Source: a virus (Duplodnaviria; Caudoviricetes). From it: a stretch of 64,000 bases of DNA. Below are positions 55,574 to 63,959 of the stretch, one piece after another. Position 1 is the first letter of the stretch. The number at the start of each line of letters is the position of its first letter. Location: positions 7,999-71,998 of the IMG/VR virus record IMGVR_UViG_3300032247_001802; one strand, written 5' to 3'. A program made the position numbers and the translations under genes. The notes below the pieces were generated by a model, which had not been told where the DNA came from, ran no database searches, and worked only from the letters and a program-made list of their open reading frames with translations.

Positions 55574-56161
55574 ATGATTGGATTAACTGGAGTAGCTCGG
55601 TCTGGAAAAGATACTTTTTATTCTATCTTAAAAAGATATTTGAAAGAAAAGGGTATCAAATCTCAAAGACTAGCTTTTGCTGATGCATTAAAAAATGAAT
55701 TATATGATTTTACTAAAGATAAATTCAAAATAGATTTATTAAACTGCACACCAGAAAACAAAGAAATAGTGCGACCACTTATGGTTGCTTACGGAAAATG
55801 TAGAAGAATTCAAACAGAAGGAAAGTATTGGACTTCTACAATTCAACCAGAAGTAAACAAATTAATTGATAGAAATATTGTGCCAATTGTAACAGATGTA
55901 AGATATATAGAATATAAAGATGACGAATACTCTTGGATAAAATCACATAATGGTATTTTAGTGCATATTTCAAGAAAGCTGGACGATGGCTCTTTTGTCC
56001 CTCCAGCTAATATAGAAGAAAAATCTAATGACAATAAACTCAAAGCTGTATCTGATATAAGTATAGCTTGGGAAACTTGTCAAGATGCTAACTTCTTGTA
56101 TGAGTTAATGCAAAAACAATTAAAAAATGTTTACGAAAAATATTTACAGAATAAAAAATAA
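55574..56161 (+). CDS. Deoxynucleoside monophosphate kinase
   Basis: IGLTGVARSGKDT P-loop, AFADALK, R, DVRY..E. Confidence 0.85.
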   Translation: MIGLTGVARSGKDTFYSILKRYLKEKGIKSQRLAFADALKNELYDFTKDKFKIDLLNCTPENKEIVRPLMVAYGKCRRIQTEGKYWTSTIQPEVNKLIDRNIVPIVTDVRYIEYKDDEYSWIKSHNGILVHISRKLDDGSFVPPANIEEKSNDNKLKAVSDISIAWETCQDANFLYELMQKQLKNVYEKYLQNKK

Positions 56162-56162
56162 T

Positions 56163-56753
56163 ATGAATATAATAGATGACATTACTTTGGTAAAGAATAT
56201 AAAAGAAAAGAATGACGAAGAAGCATTAAAAACTTTAATCGAAAAACACTCTGCTCTTTGTAATTCTTTATATAAAAAATACTCTAGCCCTATGATTGCA
56301 TCTGGAGTGCATCTTCAAGATGTTATAGATCAAAAGGAGTATATAGTATATAAATCAGCCTTGAGCTTTGATGAGAATAAAAACTCTAAATTTTCAACTT
56401 GGTTATATAATCAAGTGAGATATCAATGTTTAAATTGCATGAATGAAAATAGCCATTACTTAACACTAGAAACAGATAAATTGAATTATCTTATTGAGAA
56501 ACATACTCCAATTCAAAAAGAATATAAAAATATTAATGAGTACATTATGAATATTATTGAATCTTGCGCTGATAAAAGAGTAGAGAAAATATTTAAAATG
56601 AGATACATGAATGGTACAAACAAAAAGACTCCTTGGAATAAAATAGCTAAAAAATTAAAGATAAGCACGCAAACTGCAATTAATATTCATAATAAAGCTA
56701 TTAAATTATTAAAAACTAAAGTTCAAAGTAAAAATTCTTTTGACAAAATATAA
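56163..56753 (+). CDS. Phage RNA polymerase sigma factor (sigma70 family, group 3/4-like)
   Basis: A...LI..H, FD..K.SKFSTWLY..VR region 2, C-terminal HTH (WNKIAKKL.ISTQT); start set at ATG 56163. Confidence 0.8.
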   Translation: MNIIDDITLVKNIKEKNDEEALKTLIEKHSALCNSLYKKYSSPMIASGVHLQDVIDQKEYIVYKSALSFDENKNSKFSTWLYNQVRYQCLNCMNENSHYLTLETDKLNYLIEKHTPIQKEYKNINEYIMNIIESCADKRVEKIFKMRYMNGTNKKTPWNKIAKKLKISTQTAINIHNKAIKLLKTKVQSKNSFDKI

Positions 56754-56768
56754 TAAAGAAAGTACAAT
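56740..56768 (+). promoter_or_regulatory. Sigma70-type promoter TTGACA-17-TACAAT (predicted +1 = A of ATG 56775)
   Basis: Direct reading. Confidence 0.72.
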
Positions 56769-56774
56769 ATAAAA

Positions 56775-57080
56775 ATGAATAATACAAATCAAAACACAAA
56801 CAAGAACCAAAATGAGCTAGGTGCACTTTGGAAGAAGAAAAGCAAAGCAGGAATGTCATTTCTATCTGGTTATATTAATGACCACGATGGTCAAAGAATT
56901 GATGTCGTAGTTTTTGCTAATAGCAAAAAGACAAATGAAAAAGCTCCAGATTACAGACTATATGTGTCTAAGCCTCTAGACAATCAAAACAAGCCTACGG
57001 CTTCTGGATCAGTAACTAAAAGTGCCCCAGCCAAGAAAGCTCAACCAGTAGTTGAAGAGGATGAAGATGACATCCTATGA
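56775..57080 (+). CDS. DUF736-like probable ssDNA-binding protein
   Basis: GALWKKKSKAG..FLSG.I, K..EKAPDYRLY, acidic tail EEDEDDIL. Confidence 0.65.
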   Translation: MNNTNQNTNKNQNELGALWKKKSKAGMSFLSGYINDHDGQRIDVVVFANSKKTNEKAPDYRLYVSKPLDNQNKPTASGSVTKSAPAKKAQPVVEEDEDDIL

Positions 57081-58162
57081 GTTTAGCGTTTAACTTACCA
57101 ATAAATTCAGTAAGTTTTGGTCAGATATCTACATTAATTCTTAGAGAGCTTTGTATTTCTAAGTTTAATGTAGGTATTTTACCTATTGGCAACGTTGATC
57201 TATCGACTCAATCCGATTTAACTCAAGAATTTGGAAATTGGCTACAGCAGTCAATTAATTCATCTCTAGAAACATTTAATCGAAATAATAAAATATTTAA
57301 ATTATGGCACCTTAATGGTTCATTTGAAAGTTACTCTAACGAACAAGTTCTGCTTAGCTTTTATGAATTAGATCAACCAACAAAAGTAGAATTAAATACT
57401 GTAAAAAATAATCATAAAGTACTTTTCTCGTCAAAAGAGACAGTAGAAATATTTAAGAACCTTGGATGCAAGAATGTTGAATATACTCCATTGGCATTTG
57501 ATAAGTATAATTTCAATAGAATAGATAAGTCTTATTTCGTTGATGATAGAATTGTTTTTAATTTAGTTGGAAAACTTGAAAAGAGAAAGCATCACCTAAA
57601 GCTAATTAAACTTTGGGCTAAAAAATTTGGTAATAATAAAAAGTATGCACTACAATGTTGCATCTTTAATCCATTTATGAAGCCAGAAGATCAAAATAAT
57701 CTTATCTCTCAAGCTTTAGAAGGTAAAACTTATTTTAATATTAATTTCTTACCATTTATGGGACAGAATAAAATCTATAACGATTTCTTAAATAGTGGTA
57801 ATATTGTACTAGGAATGAGTGGCGCAGAGGGATGGGGGCTACCAGAATTTCATTCAGTAGCTATGGGTAAACATGCAGTAATAATGAATGCTCATGGATA
57901 TAAATCTTGGGCAAATGAAAATAATAGCGTACTAGTACAACCTAACTCTAAAATTGAAGCTTATGATGGAATGTTCTTTAATAAAGGCGCACCATATAAT
58001 CAAGGCAATATTTATGACTTCAGTGAAGAAGAATTCATTAATGGTTGCGAATTAGCAATCAAAAAAGTAGAAAGCGATAAATTAAATAAAGAAGGACTTA
58101 AACTTCAACAAGAATTTACTTCTGAAAAATTTATTGAAAATGTACTAAGTCATTTAAAATAA
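57077..58162 (+). CDS. GT-B (GT4-like) glycosyltransferase
   Basis: GKLEKRK, SGAEGWGLPEFHSVAMGK, WA motifs. Confidence 0.78.
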   Translation: MSLAFNLPINSVSFGQISTLILRELCISKFNVGILPIGNVDLSTQSDLTQEFGNWLQQSINSSLETFNRNNKIFKLWHLNGSFESYSNEQVLLSFYELDQPTKVELNTVKNNHKVLFSSKETVEIFKNLGCKNVEYTPLAFDKYNFNRIDKSYFVDDRIVFNLVGKLEKRKHHLKLIKLWAKKFGNNKKYALQCCIFNPFMKPEDQNNLISQALEGKTYFNINFLPFMGQNKIYNDFLNSGNIVLGMSGAEGWGLPEFHSVAMGKHAVIMNAHGYKSWANENNSVLVQPNSKIEAYDGMFFNKGAPYNQGNIYDFSEEEFINGCELAIKKVESDKLNKEGLKLQQEFTSEKFIENVLSHLK

Positions 58163-58509
58163 TGCCACTATATACATACATTAATCCTAAAACAAAACAA
58201 ACAATAGACATTGTTCAATCGGTACATGACGAACATACTTATATAGATAAAAATGGATTGCAATGGAATCGAGTTTTTACCGCTCCAGAAGTTAATACCC
58301 ATGGAACATTAAAAGCAGAAACTTCAGAAAAGCAATTTTCAGAATTTACAAAAAATCGTAAAGGTACAATTGGAGATCTTTGGGACCAAAGCGCAGAGCT
58401 TTCAGAGAAAAGAAAGAAAGTTTATGGTGGGCAAGACCCAGTAAAAAAGAAGTATAAGAGTGATTGGAGCAAAAAAAGAAAAGGTCGCGTACACCCTAAA
58501 GACGACTAA
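58162..58509 (+). CDS. FmdB-like zinc-ribbon-derived protein (cysteines absent)
   Basis: MPLYTY N-terminus and RVFTAP; TAATG coupling to the upstream gene. Confidence 0.55.
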   Translation: MPLYTYINPKTKQTIDIVQSVHDEHTYIDKNGLQWNRVFTAPEVNTHGTLKAETSEKQFSEFTKNRKGTIGDLWDQSAELSEKRKKVYGGQDPVKKKYKSDWSKKRKGRVHPKDD

Positions 58510-58591
58510 AAACAAATTGTTTATAACTTATTAAAATTTTCTTTCTTTAATTTAAAAAAAGATGTAATATAGTTTTTGTACTAGTTACATT

Positions 58592-60853
58592 ATGAATAAG
58601 AATACAAACGTTAAAAAAAGAAATGGCTCGACTGAAAAGTTTAATATAGAAAAAATAAATAAAGTAATCAACTGGGCGATTGATGGTTATAGTGGAGTTA
58701 GTTTAACAGATATTGAAATTAATGCTAAGATTAATATTCACGACGGAATCAACACAAAAGAAATTCATAATCTTTTAATTGAAAGTGCGGCAAATTTAAT
58801 TTCAACTGAAAAACCAAATTATCAATATGTTGCAGCAAGGTTATTGAATTACCAGCTCAGAAAAGATGTTTGGAAAGGTAAGCATGCTCCTAGATTATCG
58901 GAATTTTTAAATCAAAATATTAAAAATAAAGTTTATGACTCAAGCATTTTAAATCATTACTCAGAAGATGAGATAAATAAAATTGGGGAATTTATTGATC
59001 ACGATAGAGATTTTATTTTTACTTACGCTGGAATCAAACAGCTTTGTGATAAATATTTAATTAAGAATAGAACTACTGGAGAAATTCACGAAACCCCACA
59101 ATTCGCTTATATCTTGATATCAACTTATGCTTTTGCAAAATATCCAGCAGAAACAAGACTTTCTTATGTTAGAAAATTTTACGATGCTATTAGTAAGCAT
59201 AAAATTAATCTTCCAACACCAGTAATGGCAGGAGTTAGAACATCTAGCAGAAATTACGCTAGTTGTTGCTTAATTGGAGTAGATGATACAAAAGATAGCA
59301 TTACTGCTAGTGCTACTGCAGTTAGTATGGCTACTGCTAATAGATGTGGAATCGGAATTGATGTAAGCAAAATTAGAGCTATTGGATCTTCTATTAAGAA
59401 TGGAGAAGTTGTTCATACTGGTTTAATTCCATTTTTAAAAATCTATGAAAGTAGCGTAAAGGCATGGCAACAAAATGGATTGAGAGGTGGTAGTGCAACC
59501 TGCAATATTCAATGGTGGCATTATGAAATTGAAGATATTGTTGTATTGAAAAATAATGCAGGAACAGATGACAATAGAGTTCGCAAACTTGACTATACAG
59601 TTGGTATGAGCAAGTTATTTTATGATAGAATATTAAAAGATGAAGATATTACTCTATTTAATAATGCAGAAGTTCCAGAGCTTTATGAGGCATGGGGAAC
59701 AAAAGATTTCGATAAAGTATATAAAGAATGTGAATCTAAAAAATTAAAATTAAAAAAGAAAATGTCTGCTCGCAAATTATTCTCTCTTATTATTAAAGAA
59801 AGAGTTGAAACTGGTAGAATTTATATTCTAAATGTAGATCATGCAAACAATCACGGAGCATGGTTAGATAAAGTCACAATGAGTAATCTTTGCACAGAAG
59901 TTATTCATCCTACTATTCCATTAAATGATTATCACGATAAAGAGGGCGAAATCGGAATGTGTATTCTTTCAGCGGTAAACATGCTAGAAATAAAAAACTG
60001 GCAAGATCTTGAAAAGACCTGCGATCTTATCGTAAGATTTCTAGACGAAATCATTGAGCTTCAAGATTATTTTAATATTGCTGCTGAAAATTTTGCTAAA
60101 AAAAGAAGAAGCCTTGGAGTTGGAATTACAAATCTCGCGGCTTTTTTGGCGAAAAATGAATTAAAATATAGTTCAGACAAATCACTATCTGTAGTTGATG
60201 AATGGATGGAGCATTTCCAATACTACTTATTAGAGAGTAGTGTAGAATTAGCTAAAGAAAAAGGCAAATGCGAAAAATTTGATAGAACTAAATACGCTAA
60301 AGATATATTACCTATTGATACATACAAAGACAAAGTAGACGAATTGGTTAAAAGAAAATTATCTCTTGATTGGGATAAACTAAGAAAAGATATCAAAGAA
60401 TTTGGCTTGAGACATTCTACATTATCTTCTTGTATGCCATGCGAGAGCAGTTCTGTAATTCAATGCTCAACAAATGGAGTCGAACCTATTCGTAGTCTTA
60501 TAACATATAAAACTAGCAAAATGGGTAAACTTCCAGTTATGGTTCCAGGAATTGGAAAATATCACGAGAATTATGAATTAGCCTATGATCTAAAAGATAA
60601 TACTGGATTACTTAAAATTAATGCAGTAATCCAAAAATATATTGACATGGCTATATCAACTAATGTATACTACAACTATAGTCATTATGAAAACAATATT
60701 CTTCCAGACGCAAAGGTTATGAAAGAACTTATTTATGCTTATAGCCTTGGATTAATTAGTCTCTATTATAATAATACAGATGATGGAGATAAAGAGCAGT
60801 CTTTGAATCAAAAAGAAGATAGAGATTGTTCAAGTGGTGCGTGTAAACTATAG
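58592..60853 (+). CDS. nrdA: Ribonucleoside-diphosphate reductase class Ia, alpha subunit
   Basis: N-terminal ATP cone (VKKRNG...EKFN), ETPQ, PTPVMAG, ASCC, NLCTE, CILS, MPCESSS, C-terminal CSSGAC. Confidence 0.97.
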   Translation: MNKNTNVKKRNGSTEKFNIEKINKVINWAIDGYSGVSLTDIEINAKINIHDGINTKEIHNLLIESAANLISTEKPNYQYVAARLLNYQLRKDVWKGKHAPRLSEFLNQNIKNKVYDSSILNHYSEDEINKIGEFIDHDRDFIFTYAGIKQLCDKYLIKNRTTGEIHETPQFAYILISTYAFAKYPAETRLSYVRKFYDAISKHKINLPTPVMAGVRTSSRNYASCCLIGVDDTKDSITASATAVSMATANRCGIGIDVSKIRAIGSSIKNGEVVHTGLIPFLKIYESSVKAWQQNGLRGGSATCNIQWWHYEIEDIVVLKNNAGTDDNRVRKLDYTVGMSKLFYDRILKDEDITLFNNAEVPELYEAWGTKDFDKVYKECESKKLKLKKKMSARKLFSLIIKERVETGRIYILNVDHANNHGAWLDKVTMSNLCTEVIHPTIPLNDYHDKEGEIGMCILSAVNMLEIKNWQDLEKTCDLIVRFLDEIIELQDYFNIAAENFAKKRRSLGVGITNLAAFLAKNELKYSSDKSLSVVDEWMEHFQYYLLESSVELAKEKGKCEKFDRTKYAKDILPIDTYKDKVDELVKRKLSLDWDKLRKDIKEFGLRHSTLSSCMPCESSSVIQCSTNGVEPIRSLITYKTSKMGKLPVMVPGIGKYHENYELAYDLKDNTGLLKINAVIQKYIDMAISTNVYYNYSHYENNILPDAKVMKELIYAYSLGLISLYYNNTDDGDKEQSLNQKEDRDCSSGACKL
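60841..60847 (+). promoter_or_regulatory. Putative late-promoter motif GTGTAAA within the end of nrdA
   Basis: 9 nt before the nrdB ATG. Confidence 0.4.
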
Positions 60854-60856
60854 TCC

Positions 60857-61921
60857 ATGAAAACAGTATTAAATTTTAAAAATGTAGATACCACCAAGCA
60901 ACCATTGTTTCTTGGTGAAGACCTCAACCTTCAAAGATATGATCGTTTTAAGTATCCAATATTCTTTGAATTATTTAAAAAGCAAAACGAAAACTTCTGG
61001 TGGCCTCATGAAATAGCATTAGGAAAAGACAGAAGTGACTATAAGAATTTAACTGACACAGAAAGATTTGTATTTGATAGTAATTTAAGATTCCAAACTC
61101 TTGGAGATAGTATGCTTTCTCGTAGTATTCACTCCTTGAAAGATTACGTCAGTAATCCAGAACTTGAAATTTGCATGAATACTTGGGCACAATTTGAAGG
61201 TATTCATAGTTATTCTTATTCTTATCTTTTGAATAATGTATATCCAGATGCTACTAAATTCTTTGATAGTATTATGGAAGATAAAGAGATTACAAGTCGC
61301 GCCGAATTGATTAGAAATAATTTTGATAAGATTCTTGGGGATGACGAAAAGAAAGATCCTAAACAAAAGATTTTTGATGCTATTCTTTCTATTAATGTAA
61401 TGGAAGGACTTGTATTTTACGTTTCTTTCGCTTGCTCTTTCTATTTTGGATATAGAGGTAAGATGGAAGGTAACTCTAAAATTATTAAATTCATTCAGCG
61501 AGATGAAGCACTACATTTTGCAGTAAGTCAAAATCTACTCAAGATCTTAAAAGAAGAAGATAAAGAAGGCTTTACTTCTATAGTTAAGAAAAGCGAAGAT
61601 AAGATTTATGCTTTCTATGAACAAGCAGCAAAAAATGAAAGCGAATGGTCTAAATATTTATTTAGCAAAGGCAGTTTACTTGGCTTAAATGCAGAAGTAT
61701 TAGATGGATATTCTAAATGGCTTTGCGATAGTAGACTACGCAGTTTAGGCTATAAGAAAATATTTAATCAAAAAGATAATCCCATCTCTGGATGGTTAGA
61801 TAGTTACCTTGATAGTAGTAAAGTTCAAGTTGCACCACAAGAAACAGAAATTTCAAGTTATAAAGTTGGAGCAAGAAAAACAGACATATCAGATGATGAC
61901 TTTGGTGATTTAAAACTATAA
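60857..61921 (+). CDS. nrdB: Ribonucleoside-diphosphate reductase class Ia, beta subunit
   Basis: FWWPHEI.L..D, FEGIHS.SY, EG..FY.SF, RDEALH, QVAPQE.E.SSY. Confidence 0.97.
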   Translation: MKTVLNFKNVDTTKQPLFLGEDLNLQRYDRFKYPIFFELFKKQNENFWWPHEIALGKDRSDYKNLTDTERFVFDSNLRFQTLGDSMLSRSIHSLKDYVSNPELEICMNTWAQFEGIHSYSYSYLLNNVYPDATKFFDSIMEDKEITSRAELIRNNFDKILGDDEKKDPKQKIFDAILSINVMEGLVFYVSFACSFYFGYRGKMEGNSKIIKFIQRDEALHFAVSQNLLKILKEEDKEGFTSIVKKSEDKIYAFYEQAAKNESEWSKYLFSKGSLLGLNAEVLDGYSKWLCDSRLRSLGYKKIFNQKDNPISGWLDSYLDSSKVQVAPQETEISSYKVGARKTDISDDDFGDLKL

Positions 61922-61933
61922 TTACGCATAAAA

Positions 61934-61940
61934 GTGTAAT
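61934..61940 (+). promoter_or_regulatory. Putative late-promoter motif GTGTAAT
   Basis: 8 nt before ATG 61949. Confidence 0.55.
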
Positions 61941-61948
61941 TATTAGTA

Positions 61949-62161
61949 ATGAATAATCAAAGCCATGTTTTGGCTATATGTTCTGAATTTGCGGATGAAT
62001 ATGGATTCGACTCAGAAGATAAGAGAACTTTAATAGTTTATATGAAAAGTGAATATATAAATGAATTAAAAAATATGCTCGAAGTTAAAAAATATAAATT
62101 AAAAAAATTTCAAGTATATGGTGATGAAGCGATAGTATACTTTGTTCCAAATAAAAAATAA
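61949..62161 (+). CDS. Hypothetical protein (70 aa)
   Basis: ATG-initiated ORF after a late motif. Confidence 0.6.
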   Translation: MNNQSHVLAICSEFADEYGFDSEDKRTLIVYMKSEYINELKNMLEVKKYKLKKFQVYGDEAIVYFVPNKK

Positions 62162-62162
62162 G

Positions 62163-62234
62163 AGCCAGAAATCGGATTCGAACCGATGACCTACGGTTTA
62201 CAAAACCGTTGCACTACCGCTGTGCTATTCTGGC
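62163..62234 (-). tRNA. tRNA-Thr(TGT)
   Basis: GCCAGAA/TTCTGGC acceptor, ACGGT-TTTGTAA-ACCGT anticodon arm, GGTTCGAATCC T-arm; no CCA. Confidence 0.95.
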
Positions 62235-62248
62235 ATATTTTAATTATA

Positions 62249-62277
62249 TTGACTTTTTTATAAAATTTATATAATAT
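62249..62277 (+). promoter_or_regulatory. Sigma70-type promoter TTGACT-17-TAATAT (predicted +1 = A of ATG 62284)
   Basis: Direct reading. Confidence 0.68.
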
Positions 62278-62283
62278 ATTAAT

Positions 62284-62478
62284 ATGAGACTAGTATTATC
62301 ATATATTCTATATTTTATAGGTGATATTATAAGTAGAACACTAATGCTTTGGGGTTATGGATTTAAAATATATAACAAAATAATGCTTTGGAGCGTTGAT
62401 TTGGATAATAAAGGAAAAATTTGGAAACATGTTAAACCCAAGAGCAAATTAAAAAATAATAGGAAAAATAAAAAATGA
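62284..62478 (+). CDS. Hypothetical protein (64 aa)
   Basis: Leaderless-type promoter upstream; ATGA overlap with the next gene. Confidence 0.65.
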   Translation: MRLVLSYILYFIGDIISRTLMLWGYGFKIYNKIMLWSVDLDNKGKIWKHVKPKSKLKNNRKNKK

Positions 62479-63122
62479 ATAAAGAAACATTAGGTCTATT
62501 TTATAAACATGTAAAATCTATACAAAGATATGATAAAAAATTTTTAGATGAATTTTATCAAACAATCAATACAACAGAAGGATGGTTATGGCCTTATCAA
62601 GCGTATACATTATATGCTGTGGCATCTCATTTAAAGGGTAAATTAGTAGAAATTGGTAGTTGGAAAGGCAAGTCTGCTTCTGTTTTCTGTTTTGCAACAG
62701 AGCCCTCCGATGTTCAAATATATTGTGTTGATACTTGGAAAGGTAGCAAAGAACATAAAGATTTAGATACATCTAATTTATTAAATGAATTTAAAAATAA
62801 TTTACAAAAATTTAATTTCTTAAATAGAGTAAATATACAACAAGGACCATCTTTAGAAATTTCAAAACTTCATGAAAATGAAAGCTGTGATTTGATCTTT
62901 ATTGATGCTGCTCACGATTATGAAAATGTAAAAGCCGATATTTTAGCTTGGTATCCAAAACTTAAAAAACAAGGAATAATGATTGGTCATGATTATCCAG
63001 ATCCATCTGCAACAGACTTTAAAGAATTAAAACAAGCAGTAAATGAAGAAGTAAGAGATAAGAAAAATTTATTCGAAGATTTCGGATATTTTGCTGGCAT
63101 ATGGGGTGCAATTAAAAAATAA
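62475..63122 (+). CDS. Class I SAM-dependent O-methyltransferase (Methyltransf_24-like)
   Basis: EGW, VEIGSWKGKS, VDTW.GS, FIDAAHDYE.V..D, GHDY. Confidence 0.85.
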   Translation: MNKETLGLFYKHVKSIQRYDKKFLDEFYQTINTTEGWLWPYQAYTLYAVASHLKGKLVEIGSWKGKSASVFCFATEPSDVQIYCVDTWKGSKEHKDLDTSNLLNEFKNNLQKFNFLNRVNIQQGPSLEISKLHENESCDLIFIDAAHDYENVKADILAWYPKLKKQGIMIGHDYPDPSATDFKELKQAVNEEVRDKKNLFEDFGYFAGIWGAIKK

Positions 63123-63415
63123 TGAATATGATTAAAATATTAGATTTTATTGACGGAATTTTTAAAGAGCAAAAAGAACAACCAGTATTAGGCACTCTTT
63201 ATAAAATCAAAGGCGAAGTTTTGCCATTCAGATATATTAGATTTACTAATGAAGTTTATTCAAATAAACCAGTGTATCATTTTAAGCATCATCAATTAAA
63301 AGAATATAAATTCAATAATCTTTCTAAAGTTGAAAGAAGAGCTAATAAAGAAGAAGTAAGGATATATAATCTAATAAAAGAACATGTAAATGAAGTTGCA
63401 GAAAATAATGATTAA
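63122..63415 (+). CDS. Hypothetical protein (97 aa)
   Basis: TAATG coupling to the upstream gene. Confidence 0.6.
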   Translation: MNMIKILDFIDGIFKEQKEQPVLGTLYKIKGEVLPFRYIRFTNEVYSNKPVYHFKHHQLKEYKFNNLSKVERRANKEEVRIYNLIKEHVNEVAENND

Positions 63416-63420
63416 TTTTT

Positions 63421-63492
63421 TGCCTAATAACACAACGGTAGTGTGCTTCACTGTTAATGAAGATGTTCTAGGTTCAAATCCTAGTTAGGCAG
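63421..63492 (+). tRNA. tRNA-Asn(GTT)
   Basis: TGCCTAA/TTAGGCA acceptor with G discriminator, CTTCA-CTGTTAA-TGAAG anticodon arm, CTAGG-TTCAAAT-CCTAG T-arm. Confidence 0.93.
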
Positions 63493-63495
63493 ATT

Positions 63496-63582
63496 GGAAC
63501 GATGGCTGAGTGGTCTAAAGCAGAAGTTTACTAAACTTCCGATGGGTAATTCCATCCGTGGGTTCGAATCCTACTCGTTCCG
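63496..63582 (+). tRNA. tRNA-Ser(ACT), class II with long variable arm
   Basis: GGAACGA/TCGTTCC acceptor, G73, GAAGT-TTACTAA-ACTTC anticodon arm (ACT at 63530-63532), GATGG/CCATC variable stem, GGTTCGAATCC. Confidence 0.92.
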
Positions 63583-63583
63583 A

Positions 63584-63944
63584 TTATCTAAAATATTCAG
63601 ATATAGTTACTACGCCAGCGTATCCACCTGCTGACTGCGTATAGTTTCCTGTAGGCGGATCAGTAGGATTAGAAGATGATCCCTTGGTCCAGCCTCTCGA
63701 AGGAGGAGTGACGAGACTAAAAGGTAATGGTCTTATAGCGAATTGAGCTCCAAATGGAGTGTAATATAACTCATAAGTATTCGTTTCATCCCGAAATGAT
63801 AGATTTCCTTGAGCATTGATTCCAGATAAATAAAATCTCAAACCATTTATATTCGGTGATAATGCTGTCCCAGTAGCTATATAAATATCTTTTCTTAGTA
63901 GTTAATTTTCCAGTTCCACCACCTTTAATTATATTTCTTGGCAT
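63584..63944 (-). pseudogene. Probable virion protein gene with an apparent +1 frameshift near 63901
   Basis: ATG 63944 (after AAAGGT and a late motif) reads MPRNIIKGGGTGKL; the S/T/G/P-rich body (LRKDIYIATGTALSP...) is in the +1 frame, joined if one base is removed near 63901. Confidence 0.5.
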
Positions 63945-63952
63945 ACCTTTAA

Positions 63953-63959
63953 TTTACAC
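63953..63959 (-). promoter_or_regulatory. Putative late-promoter motif GTGTAAA
   Basis: 8 nt before ATG 63944. Confidence 0.5.

Noticed and set aside
24667-61921. Inteins or introns in dnaE, dnaB, recA, nrdA or nrdB
   Set aside because: Protein lengths are ordinary, motifs are contiguous, and no splice-junction or homing endonuclease motifs are seen.
2920-62772. Short overlapping or antisense ORFs in the track (e.g. 2920, 3461, 5439, 9372, 14457, 34284, 34877, 47784, 55121, 61085)
   Set aside because: They lie wholly inside well-supported genes in other frames, have shadow-like composition and lack start signals.
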